Source: Priapulus caudatus
Taxonomy: Eukaryota
Reading direction: 5' to 3'
DNA length: 33,488 nucleotides
Assembly (NCBI RefSeq): GCF_000485595.1
Contig: NW_014577089.1
Location: forward strand, 53,921 to 87,408
Positions 13,469 through 25,490 of this stretch are shown here, piece by piece. A program made the position numbers and the translations under genes. The notes beneath the pieces were generated by a model. The model ran no database searches. It was not told the DNA's origin and saw nothing but the letters and a program-made list of their open reading frames with translations. Each line of letters starts with the position of its first letter. Position 1 is the stretch's first letter.

Positions 13469-15510
13469 CAGCGCCGCCGTCCGTATGCCGCTACACCAAC
13501 AACACATCTGAACGCATGGACTACAGATCGTAGCTCGCTCGTGGTGATGAAGATAGTCGTACGTTATGGCAATTAATATAGCGAGCCGGAAAACGATCGC
13601 GCTGTGTACGACAAAAAAAACAACAATCGAAAACCACACCACAACATCGCGATGCAGGCAGCAATGAACTAGCTATATAGCTATAGTACAGATTTATAGC
13701 CTATATTGTTATATAAAGCTATAGGCAATCGCAGCCCGATAATTCTTGATAATTACCCTCAACATACCGAACGCATGCAAATCTTTCAGATAAACACAAG
13801 CGACCGTCGGTGACAATCTCAGTGGCACGTGCGACCCCGCCTTTCGCATCACGCGTCTAACACTGCCGGACCGCGGACTAGATTCAAAGCACGGCGATAG
13901 AGAGAAAGAAGCGAGAAGAGACGAGAGAGACAGGAAGAGGAGCAGAGATGCAGAGCATGTGGCGGCCAGCGGCCCCACAGAAAGCCCGCGCGCACTCTGC
14001 CAAAACATTGCGCAGACAGCAAACAGGACCCTGCTGTGTTGCCCGTCGGCGGGCTGACGCAACCATTCAGCATGACATCTCATTCTCACAGGCCAACTCA
14101 ACGCTCGCCCCGGCTACAGAAGTGAAGTGGAAAAGCGCGCCGATACTTCGTAATCGCGTACACGCACGATTATGCTACTTTTCTCATCTCTTACGCGAAC
14201 ACTACGTAGTATGTATTGTTCGCGATGTAAACTCTTGTATCCCTCACACAAGGCGGCGCATGTGCCGCCCTTTAGATATAGCCATTCGCGGGAACGAAAG
14301 ACGTGCGTAGCATAACGACAGCGAGTTTAGACGGCGCACCACAGCTATTACGAGCAGCGTCAGCCTACTTCATGCCGTAGGACACAAGATGAACAAACGA
14401 GGCCCAGACATGAGTGATCTGTGTTTCTTCTGTCCTGGGTAACAACTACAATCTACACGAGAGGCAACCGAACGTGTACGAAAATACGTCAATACGAAGA
14501 GGTGTGTTTAGCATCTCTCTACGATCAGTGTGTTTACTCGAGTAGCTCACCGCATGCATATTAAGCGTATTATAGAGCTCGGGTTACAGCGACGCCGCTG
14601 TACAGACGAGTACGTTACTAGATAAAATACGACAGCCTTGCGGTCCAACATCTAGAGATCCCAGTGATTAGTATATCAGTTTCTTGAAGAGTTCGCGTTA
14701 AAGATACAATGCACAAATAGAAAGAGGCAAATTTCCTCTCTGTATTCATAGACCGCGGCCCGCTGCCTCCCGTGCGCATGATCGTACATATGATAGCATT
14801 GTTCATGCGGAGGCAGCGATCTCATCTGCAACAGAGCAGTCCGCCTTTACATTAATCGCACTGCGTCTTCGTGCCGCCGCCGCTGCCGTTGGGAGAGAAC
14901 CAGTCTCTGTAACACGGGGGGCTGCGGCTCAATCCAATTTACTCGCGTTGTACTGTCGGCTGTGCGCCGGCGGGAGAAGAAAAATCCAGGTAGACGCGGG
15001 AGATGCCGACACATCGCTCCTCGCAGAATCCTTCAGAAATCTAACGCGTTCTGCACTGACCCACATTCTTACTATACATACTCCTCGCAGTACGGGTTAT
15101 ATGAAACTGTCGTACGAGCGATTCCCATTTTGACTATAAATAGCGCGTTTTTCCCAAGGGTTAGCACAAATAAACACACCGCGGATGCATTGCAAATATA
15201 GAGATACGATAAATCCTTATTTCGACTCCTATATACTAGTATATTATATCATATATCGGATGATATATCACGTCCCAGCCCTGAATGCATACGTTAAAAC
15301 TCTTGATTTGGAAAACCCCTATCCAAATCCCTATAATATCTTGCATTGTGAAAACCACTATACAAAACGCGCACTTGAATCGCACGTGCTAACTTTATGT
15401 ATATCCCTCTTTGTTACGATACCTTTTCCTTCACGTTTGGTTGCTTTAGTTCTATGTGTGGTGCCCTTAATAGTCGGGCGGTGCTTGCCATTGAGCATGC
15501 CAGCATACTA
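13469..15510 (+). repeat. Duplicated block B, insertion-rich copy
   Basis: Colinear with 9866-11686 but roughly 12% longer through scattered small insertions. Confidence 0.92.
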
Positions 15511-15822
15511 CCACACAACACACACATTGCGCGCACACCACCGCACACGCATACACACCACGCTACACACACATGCGCGACACGACGCACACGGCACATA
15601 CAACACACGCACGCACGCCGTATACCTACCAGCGCACACACGACGCACCACCGCTACGGCACGCACTCTGCACGGCACGGCGCGTCCGCAGCCGCGCGCA
15701 CGCACTGCACGCATTGCGCACACCACACACACGACACACAGCACACACAGATCACACACACACACACACACACCACACACGACACACACACGACACACAC
15801 ACACACACACACTACACACACA
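15510..15822. repeat. Degenerate (CA)n/(GCAC)n tract, counterpart of 11687-11883
   Basis: Follows block B in both copies. Confidence 0.85.
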
Positions 15823-15829
15823 GCCACGT

Positions 15830-18800
15830 AGTCCTTACGATACGGCCGCGCCAGCATTAGTTTTATTAGCGGATGCGCGCATGACATCTTTCACGAGCAG
15901 TTAATATCGCGGCTTGCAACGATGTAGTCAGAATCACGCGCCGGCGCGTGTTCACCGACCGAATTTCAGCTATAATCACGGAGACACGCCAGCTTTAGAG
16001 CTTAAGAGAGTGATTGCGCCTCCGGCCACGGCTGCTATCATACAAACAAGCGTGAGCCGCTCTGTCCCGCAACAGTAGCATAGCCACCTGTACGTGCGCA
16101 GCCCACCAGGGGACGAGATTCCAACGGAGCAGTAGACGCTGGACTGCTGCCACTGAGGCTAAGAAGGCACGAGAAGTTCGCAGCTGAGAGGGAAGAAGAG
16201 CTCCCGCGGGTAGGGCTTTGAAGCTCGTACCTGCGCTAATCATGTTGTAGTCTAGCATAAATACTAAAGAGATATCTATTGCTGACGTCGTTGTACTGAC
16301 GAGGATTTAGCGGTGATCACGCGGCTAGTCGGGCATTCGCATTCGAGTCTGTCTACGTTAGCAAACATTAAACCATTCACAAAAGTAGTTGGCAAAGGGC
16401 ATGGATGAATACTCGGCTTTCGCGTCAATTCAACGACGGCTTAAGTACCGAATTATACGTTCTTATCCTCTCTGGATGCTAGGATAATGCCGCACGTTTG
16501 CCTCTGAGTTTCCCAGTACTTATATACACTAAATATCACAATAATGATAATATACTATATATATATATTATGTATATCATATATATATATATTCAAGTGT
16601 AGAGAGACGGACGCTAGAGAGAGGAGAGAAAGAGAGAGCAGAAGAGGAGAGAGAGAGATGGAGAGAGAGATGAGAGACTGACAAGATACTGCACTTTCGG
16701 TGACCACGCGCACACCCTCGCACTCAGATGGGATGCAGAGACCGAGCGAGAGACGAGAGAGATAGGAGAGAGAGAGAAGACGAGAGAGCAGAGAGAGTCT
16801 AGCGTATTAACTGCGGACACCTTCTCGCCTTCGCTCGTTATTTGGCGACAGATTCGCGCCACCGCTCGCACCGTTATATGGCCCCAGCCAGTCTTCGCCC
16901 CCCCCCCCTTCCCGGCACCGCCTGCCGCAACCCCGGCCCAGCAGGCTCCCCCTCCGCCCGGCTGCCCAACCCCGGGCCTGATGAAGCCTCCATGAAGCCA
17001 TAGCACTCACCCTCTCCTCCAGCAACATACACTTTCAATACGATCATGCACATATCGAGCAGCGTGGCTAAATACGAACACGTCGACAGGCGTGTAATAA
17101 TGAATCGGCAGCAGCGGCGACCGCCCTACACTACCTGCTGTTCACCACCACCCACTCTCAGCCAGCCACGCCTAGCGTTGATGACGCCAGGGCGTCTCTC
17201 TGGTTATAAATTTATATATACCTGGGGTACGTAAGCGGGGTGGAGGTATAACAACCGGCAGATGGCACCTTGCCGTCTGTCAGGCACCGTGCCTCTGATT
17301 GCCACATTCACGTACGTACGCACCGCCACACGTACATATATGAAGTTGATTAGGTATGCGGTCGCCAGCCACTCCTGCCTAGTCACGATAACCTGAACAT
17401 CCGTCTGACGGCAAAATAACACAGTGAATTACATGCCTTTCATCAAGCGCACATTACCAGAATTGTCAACTCTGACTTCCACCTCTAAATAATATACCAC
17501 TCGGTGCCCAATAACTGATGTGGCTGCGAGTAAACATGACGTTGCCGGATGAAAACAAATCGTTCATGCCAAGCCCGAATAAAAACGAGGCTCCAGCCCG
17601 AAAAATTATCGATACGACACCCAGAAGCTATCCACTGAGTTGAAACCCGTAGAATCGAACTTGAGAGTGAAGCCAGCTATAGACAACGATAGCCATATCA
17701 GACAAAAGCCGTGTTTCGTTTTATCCTAAACATTGCATACATTCAGAGTGTAAGTACCTCCTACACTTAGCATAGCGAACGCAATATCGATAGTACCTCT
17801 GGGACCAGCTAGTCAAGCATCTCGTCACATCCCTATCACCATCGACATTCGCTCTCGCATTAGATACGCTTACTTTAGCGTTCCTCCCCGCATTGCTCTC
17901 GGTAACTGTGAGCTGTGCTCGCGACCTCCGAAATCGCTTATAATCTCGCGTAGCGTCATTCGCCTGCCCTCGGTAATCGTCCTCTCGAACCAAATACAGC
18001 GTGGCGCACACTCCGCGCCCATTCGGGTCTTTAGCGCAGCTTCGGTAACTCGACTCTGGGCAAAGGTTACACCCTTATTGCCTCTCATCACGCAGTCAAT
18101 ACGGAGTGACTGTGGTAAACGCACTTCCTCTCTCTCTTCTCTCTGCTCTCTAATATTTCACGCCTCTGCAGTCCTTGCCTCGTTCCCGTTCTTCTATTTG
18201 TGTTGCTATTTCTCTCTTCGCGTGCCCGCCCCTTAGCCTCGTGTTTTCCGTTAGCGCATTGCGCTTCGCTCTGTTCTCTCCTCTCCCTCTCTCGTCCTCT
18301 CTCTCGTGCTCTCATCACACCCCTTGTCGCACACATCCACTCTCTTTCTCTTCTTCAGCGACCACACCACACTCTCTTAATCTACTCATCTTTTCGTTCA
18401 TCTCGCACGAAACACACACAATCTTTCTCTCTGCTTCTCCAGTCTCCGCCCCTATTCTTCTTCGTCACCTTCCCTCGTCTCGTTACCCCACGTTTCTCCT
18501 ACTTTGCTGTCTCTCTTACTTCCCCGGCGCGCTGTTTTTCCTTAATCGCATGCACACACAACAACACACACGCACACAACCACACACCAAAATCACACCA
18601 GACACCGCACACAACACTACTCATCACACTACATCACTCACACATATATAACCACTCGCTCTCTCTTCATTTTCTCTCACCCTTCTCTCTGCTTCCTCTC
18701 TCTGCTCTCTCTCCTCTCTCTCTCTTCTAACTAAATACGTCCTACGTCGAAAACACAACATAGACGTCAATGCAGCAGATTCTGATTTTAATCGCGTGCC

Positions 18801-21054
18801 GGCAACGACGATCTCAGGCGTCTGAGTATAGTATCCCTGAGGGCTGCGCTCGGATCTTTTGATTCCCTCTCTCCTTCTACCTATCGCAGCATAGTCATCC
18901 ACGCTTCCTTGTCCTAGCCCTATCTCTCATCACAGCATCATTGCAGCTCGCTCTCGCCCTTGATGCTCTCTCGCGCCACTCGCGCCTCTGCTACGTTCGC
19001 CGGGGCCTTCCGTCTCCGTTCCACACGCGGTCACGTCAATGCCGCCTCTTTTCTCCTGATCTTTCATCGGGGTCGAGCACACATGTGCACGGCCGCGTCA
19101 TCGCCCAGTCGTAGGCGCCAACACTGGTTGCATCGGACAATGCCAGCCGTCAGCGAACAGGCGCCCAATAGCGAGGCTGGACTGCCAACGACCGCATCAG
19201 CGGTCACCGGTGCGCCACTGGTGCAAATTCGAGTCCAGCATCGGTACACGATTAGACACCGTGGCGCGGGGGTGCCGTGCTGATCACCTCCGACCCTTCT
19301 TCTTTTCTTCCAGCCCCCTCCCCGAGCCTGTTCGCTTGCACTCCCTAGCTGTCCTCCCAGCCGGTTCCAAGTTGAACACAGCGGATTGCGCGTGGCACGC
19401 CGATTCAACTATCCAGCGTCCGTGACACCTACCAGCAGGGTTTCTGCGGTTTAAATGTCAGCCCCGTCGTAGTTGACACGCGGGATCCGGCAATTCTGTA
19501 ACTATCACGCGTTCGGGCACAGCGGTATGTACGGGGGGGCCCTATCTCCACGTTCTAGCCATTCCCCCCGATCGTTTATCTGGGTAACTATGTATCATGC
19601 CCAGGCGTACGCTGCTACTACTGCGGATTTTTCCCCTGTGGGGCGTCATGGACGTGCTCCTTCGGGGTATATTATCCCCAGCGTCTAGGTGGACAACACG
19701 ACCATCCTACCCCTCCTCCATCATGATTATCTGCCGGGACGACAATCGCCTCTTTCTACAAACGGTCCTCGCTCTGCCAGCTCGTCAAGCCCGAAAGAGA
19801 GATTTCATTAGACGCTCTCAACATACATATATATTCCTTTATTCGCCTGGCGGTATGATCCCTCCCTGTTCACGGTGCTTCGCCCCCTAAGGCCTATCGT
19901 CCGGCCCTACTCACGTCCGAATCGTCATGGACCAACTCAGTCTTTTCTCTTGCTGCATGGTTCCTTAGTTGACAACGGAGCGGGAATATGCTCCTCCCTT
20001 GCCCCAGTTGACAGTTTGGCAGAATGCGAGGGGCGGCTTTTGTCTTCTGTCATCATGTACCCCACGACGCCTCGGCGCAGGTAGAGACAATGTCGACAGT
20101 TCAGTCAACTGACATGCGGCGGCAGGGCGGCCTGGGCCTGTCGCGTGGTCGTGCCTTAGGTTGCCCACCGGCCTGCTCGGCGTTCCCGCCTGCTCCTTCG
20201 GTGATCTCACCCTCTATCTCGCTTCGCCTTATAATTTCGCCGCGGACACCGTACGCACGAATTCCGACTCGGAGCCGCGTCTAGTGCATGTCTTGCCTCA
20301 GTAACTGTGATTAATGAAGTGCTCTCCATCGGCTGTAGCGGCGCGGCTGCGAGAAAAAAACCGTCTTTGCAACTTCTCCCAAAGGTCCGCCTGTACTCGG
20401 ATCGTAACCTTCTGTCGAGGACCTCGCCGGGTGTCGTCCGTCACTACCGCCGTACACTACTACCGTCGCCTGGCTGTGTTTGCCTAGCGGCGCTCCGCGT
20501 CGGCGTCCGCCTATGATCAAGTTCAACCGTCGTGCATTGCCTTCTCGTCGATTCGCTCAGCAAATGTGTGAACTATCGGCGTTTTACATTTAGTGCATTC
20601 CTGATGTGGTGGTCTCATTCATCTATCGACGACGCTTAGCTCTGATGAGCTGCCCAAAATGCTGCGCTATGAATTCGTACGTCTGCTTTGCACGTCGGCT
20701 GCACTCCGCCGCAGGAAATATTGAAGACAAGGAATTGGCTCTCTCTCTCTCTCTCTTCTCTCTGCTCTCTCCTCATCTCTCATCTATATACTATACTTAT
20801 ATTAGTATATATATATTATAGTATTATATATATATATTATATCATAACTATATTACTCGCTGTATTTGCATCTCCACCGACGCGCGCCACTGCCGCTTTC
20901 TCTCTCTCTGCTCATTTTCTCTCTCTCTCATATATGCTACATATATAGAAAGAGAGAGAGGAGAGAAACGCAGAGAAGAGAGAGAGAGAGAGAGATGAGA
21001 GCGAATGAGAGAGAGACGAGACGAGAGAGAGAGAGAGGAGAGAAAGAGAGATGA
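15830..21054. other. Probable low-accuracy (unpolished long-read) sequence with eroded GA/CT/CA/TA tracts
   Basis: Bracketed by two insertion-rich duplicate copies; microsatellites are heavily interrupted (16615-16797, 18125-18727, 20739-21054); no coherent ORFs. Confidence 0.6.
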
Positions 21055-22025
21055 GATGCGTGTGTGAACGCGTATCGTTTGGGTGTAATCCACTCTTTCT
21101 TCTCCTTACTGTCTCCTCTTTTGGTGCCCGCGCCCAAGGCCTCTCTCTCTTCGCCTCTCTCTCTCTCTCGTCTCGCCTTCTCTCTGCTCTCTCTCTCTCT
21201 CGCTCTCTTCTCTCCTCTCTAATCCTCATCTCTACTCTCTCTTTCGTGGGTCTCTCTCCGTCCATCCCAAAATTCAACCATCTCCCTTCACACATCCTGT
21301 CGTCCTCGTTAACTCTGCTTGCAACCTTTGCTCCCTGCCTCACGAAACCCCTGTACAATGTTAAAGCAGTGATTATATTCAGATACCATCAATCGCTCAG
21401 TTTCACACGCCAGATTTCGTCCAACACCGCCCGATATAAAGACTGGTCCCAGCGGCCGACGCCCGGGCCTTTACGACACAGTCACGATCTCCCCTCTCGG
21501 CAGTGGATATCGAGGCCAATGTATCACGGCTCAATCGACACTGACACACCACCACCTGATATTCGCCGCCCCGAGCACCTCCTACTCTTGGCTGTCCCGG
21601 CGCCGTTGACCGCGCTGACGTGGACTGTCCGCAGCACTACTTCCATTTTCTCGCAACCGTCCTCCTGCGATCAGCTACGCAGCGTGATTCTACAATCTGC
21701 TTGAATGGTCGCGATAGGCATTGCACGAAGCCGTTCGTAGCAAATCCGGTCGTCCATGCTGTCACTCACAGTTTCACACGTATGTCCAAACACCTCTCTA
21801 AAACCTGGCGCGCGATTGCTACCATTCACGCGATGTAAAGCACGTAGTGCGGCAAGACCCCAGTGCAGTCGGCCACGTCTGTCTTCCTATACCTCTTCAC
21901 CCTCGTACAGGTAGTTCGAGCAGAAGAGTAGCACCCGCCGCCATCAACGCCCCCGCTCCAAATATCATCGTAATTCATACTACATCTTACTAGCGTAAAC
22001 ACGCCTTTCACAAGTTCTCCATTGT
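21055..22025 (+). repeat. Duplicated block C, noisy copy (matches ~22479-23212); ends at the 25-N gap
   Basis: Shared anchors TGCGTGTGTGAACGCGTATC, CTCCTTACTGTCTCCTCTTTTG, ACGCCCGGGCCTTTACGACACAGT, GGCAAGACCCCAGTGCAG and ACGCCTTTCACAAGT; about 970 vs 735 bp. Confidence 0.88.
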
Positions 22026-22050
22026 NNNNNNNNNNNNNNNNNNNNNNNNN
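22026..22050. other. Assembly gap (25 N)
   Basis: Run of exactly 25 N. Confidence 0.99.
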
Positions 22051-22184
22051 ACAGTTACTTGCCATGTCTGGCTCCTTTGCGTCCGCCCGCGCTTGCTATC
22101 TCACGGACACTTGCTTTCTTTCCCTTATAAATAACATATATATATATTTCTCTCTCTCCAATCCTCTCTCTCTTCCTCTGTATA

Positions 22185-22387
22185 CCAAATATGCTTGCGA
22201 AAAGTTGATATGATGAGCCTTGTGAAAGGCATTTACCTATAACTGTATATGATTACGATGATATGGAGCTGCTGCGTATGGGCGCGGTGCCTCCGCTTCT
22301 CTCTTACTGCTACCTACAGAAGGTATACACAGACGTGCGACCTGCACTGGTGTCTTGCCAGCACCTACGTGATTAACATCGCGCAGG

Positions 22388-22481
<94 letters not shown>

Positions 22482-23238
22482 CGTGTGTGAACGCGTATCC
22501 GTTGGTGTGTAACCCACTCTTTCTTCTCCTTACTGTCTCCTCTTTTGCCGCGCCAACCTCTCTCTCTCTCGCTCTCTCTCTCTGTGGGTCTCTCTCCGTC
22601 CCACCCATATTCACCATCTCCTTCACACTTCCTTCGTCCTGTTAACTCTCGCTTTCAACTATCTCTCGCTCACGAAACCCGTACAATGTAAAGCAGTGAT
22701 ATACGATACATCACGCAGTTTCACACGAACACCGCCGATATAAAACTGGTCCCGCGGCCGTACGCCCGGGCCTTTACGACACAGTACGACCCTCGGCAGT
22801 GGTAATGGCCAGTGATCACGAGCTAACGACACGCACACACACCTGTATCGCCGCGGAGCACCTGCAATACCTGCGCGCGTGCGGACGTGGATGTCGCACA
22901 ACCCTTTCATCGCACCGCCCGATCAGCTACAGGCGTGTTTACATCTGCATGAATGGTCTCGAACATTGCCAGCCGTTCTAGAATGCCGTCGTCATGTGTC
23001 ACTCACAGTTCACAGTATGCAAACACCCTCTTCAAACCTGCGCGATGTTAATCACGTAGGTGCTGGCAAGACCCCAGTGCAGGTCGCACGTCTGTATACC
23101 TTCTGTAGGTAGCAGTAAGAGAGAAGAGGTAGGCACCGCGCCCATACGCAGCAGCTCCATATCATCGTAATCATATACAGTTATAGGTAAACGCCTTTCA
23201 CAAGTCTCATCATATCAACTTTTCGCAAGCATATTTGG
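22185..23238. repeat. ~204-bp inverted repeat pair (22185-22388 and 23036-23238) with 647-bp spacer
   Basis: CCAAATATGCTTGCGAAAAGTTGATATGATGAG...GATTAACATCGCGCAGGT is the reverse complement of ACCTGCGCGATGTTAATC...CTCATCATATCAACTTTTCGCAAGCATATTTGG, with only a handful of differences. Confidence 0.93.
22399..22479. repeat. Perfect (GA)~40 microsatellite
   Basis: Direct reading. Confidence 0.98.
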
Positions 23239-23455
23239 GGGGAAAAGCTAAGGACGAAGTAGTCAGAGAATTCTGCAATCAAGTGTAAATGAGATACGCA
23301 CTTCTATTAACTGTTATTCCCGGTTTATATTCCGGTGAGTGTAATTCATCGTTCACATTCATAATTCGTATCATATATTCACTGAATACAATTATTCACA
23401 GAACAGTAAAGGTTTACAGCTAGCTAACAGAACAGCTAAGACGTTTAAAATAGAA

Positions 23456-23488
23456 TCAGGGGTTAATAATGTCATTATTAACCCCTGA
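23456..23488. repeat. 33-bp palindrome (15-bp perfect arms, 3-nt centre)
   Basis: TCAGGGGTTAATAAT-GTC-ATTATTAACCCCTGA. Confidence 0.95.
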
Positions 23489-24350
23489 CAGCATGTAACT
23501 AATTAATCTCATTTCAATGAGTCATAATCATTAAATGTCCTTGACCGGTGAACACGGATAAAACCTATGATAAGTATCTGCAGTTCACAACTCACACGAT
23601 CATATAAATTACCTCCCTGAAATTTAATACTGAATCGTTAAAACCAGATATAACACGTCAAATGAAGGCGAAAATGGAGGTATAGCTACCACCGCATTGA
23701 ACGAAGAGAAGTAGGTAACCTAACACCGGATTAAAAGAAACGAACTTGCATGCATCACACCCCCTGCCTAGGAACTATTACACCATTAATACGGTTATGC
23801 CACGCACTAATCAGCTTCGGCTCACACAATAAGTTCAGTCTGCCATCAAATTAATTAATCACAAAGCATTACCCGGAACCGTATACATTCACAATACAAT
23901 ACCTGCGGAGCGTATTATCCTAATCACGTTCTTCGGGTATATCCACCTAATGCTGTCACAGCGCGCGCGCACACACACACATACATACACACACACACAG
24001 GAGTGCGACACACAGCACACGGTCAGGTAGAATGTAGCGAGTTAGTTATAGCGGCGGCCAACATGCTGCGGGCGGCGCTGCGTGCCTGCTGCCAGCGAAA
24101 CCAACGACGCGAGTGCACAGAAGCAGCTCAGCTGCTGGTTCACTATACAATGCGCCGTCATGCGCTGTCGAACCATTATAAAGATATACATCAGCAACTG
24201 TCTAAAAAGCCGGACCCCCATGTGTGCCTCGGCAGTGAACGGGGTATGCTCATACATATAGCTAGGCTAGTCCTTCCTGCAGGCCTATCTCGCAGGCACC
24301 GCGGTCACGACTACCCTAATGAAAATAGAAACATCGCACGCCGGAGAAGC

Positions 24351-24710
24351 CACAGACACTTGGAGCGTTTCAATAAAATCTAATGCTAAATAAATACGAA
24401 ATCTATTTCCTACCAAAAAAATAAATATAATGCTAAATAAATACGAAATCTATTTCCTACCAAAGTCTTATTGTTTCTCTACTCTCTTTCGCCTATTATT
24501 GCCGACAATTTCATGTAAATGCCGTGCAAATGCTCCTCTGCAACACATATGTATACCGCGCGCGCGCTGCCGCACACTGACACATATATATAGTGGAAAT
24601 TATCGGCAATAATAGGCGAAAGAGAGTAGCGAAACATGAAGACTTTGGTAGTAAATAGATTTCGTATTTATTTAGCATTAGATTTTATTGAAACGCTCCA
24701 AGTGCCTCTG
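24351..24710 (+). mobile_element. MITE, P-superfamily-like, copy 1 (360 bp, ~100-bp TIRs, 8-bp TSD)
   Basis: Ends CACAGACACTTGGAGCGTTTCAATAAAATCTAATGCTAAATAAATACGAAATCTATTT... and ...AAATAGATTTCGTATTTATTTAGCATTAGATTTTATTGAAACGCTCCAAGTGCCTCTG. Flanks GGAGAAGC / GGGGAAGC (7/8). The left TIR carries a 47-bp-period duplication. Confidence 0.88.
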
Positions 24711-24934
24711 GGGGAAGCCGTGAAACTTGACTACAGACGGCGGTCGCATTAATTAAGTCTTGTTCACATCACAGATGATGATACCTGACTACTACGGCGC
24801 GATGATATTCGGCGACCAAGTCATTTATATCCAACTTGAAACTGCAACGATGGTGTTAGTGGCGCCATACGCACTTATAACCGGATAGAAGAGAACGGAG
24901 AGACTATGCTTATTGCACTGGAACCCACGACTGC

Positions 24935-25210
24935 TAATTATGCGGGTATTCCTATGTGTTTTTTTGTTATACGCGGATATTTCACCCTGCTTAAGTTTAT
25001 TATATAGGTATTTCAACATGGTTAGGGTTATTATACGTGTCCAATCCAACCTGGTTCGGTTTAATAAACGTGGGTAATCCAACCTGCTCAGGTTTAATAT
25101 ACGTGAGTAACTCAACCTGGTTATGTTTATTATACGCGGGTAACCCGATCTGGTTAGGTTTGCTATACGCGGGTTTTCTAACCTTGTTAAGTTTATTATA
25201 TAGGTAATCT
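24935..25210. repeat. Degenerate 33-bp minisatellite, ~8.5 units (consensus approx. TTATTATACGCGGGTAATCCAACCTGGTTAGGT)
   Basis: Units aligned by eye, e.g. TTAATAAACGTGGGTAATCCAACCTGCTCAGGT, TTAATATACGTGAGTAACTCAACCTGGTTATGT, TTATTATACGCGGGTAACCCGATCTGGTTAGGT. Confidence 0.88.
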
Positions 25211-25452
25211 ATAAAGACACAACCGTAAGTGAATTCATGTAAGAGCCACCTTATCAGACCTTATGCATTTAGTTTCCCTTGTTCCATGGCAGCCAGTTTT
25301 TTTTACCAATTTATGATCAATAACAAGATGGCAGCCACATATAATGACTTCAAAACACGCTAATTAACTTGCCAAAATGTAACGATCCCTCGAAGCCAAT
25401 CGTTAATGCTTATAAACGCTACAATATTTGCACGACATAATATATAGCACGG

Positions 25453-25455
<3 letters not shown>

Positions 25456-25489
<34 letters not shown>
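25456..25489. repeat. (TA)17 microsatellite
   Basis: Direct reading. Confidence 0.97.

Positions 25490-25490
<1 letters not shown>

Noticed and set aside
15185..15904. His/Thr-rich ORFs here and at 5056-5706, 11636-11914, 13231-13642 and 27452-28552
   Set aside because: Translations of (CA)n/(GCAC)n microsatellites.
22209..22237. Hammerhead or C/D-box-like ATGATGA-GCCTT-GTGA-AAGGC in the inverted repeat arm
   Set aside because: No C3 and no GAAA after the stem, and no box D (CTGA) at a suitable distance.
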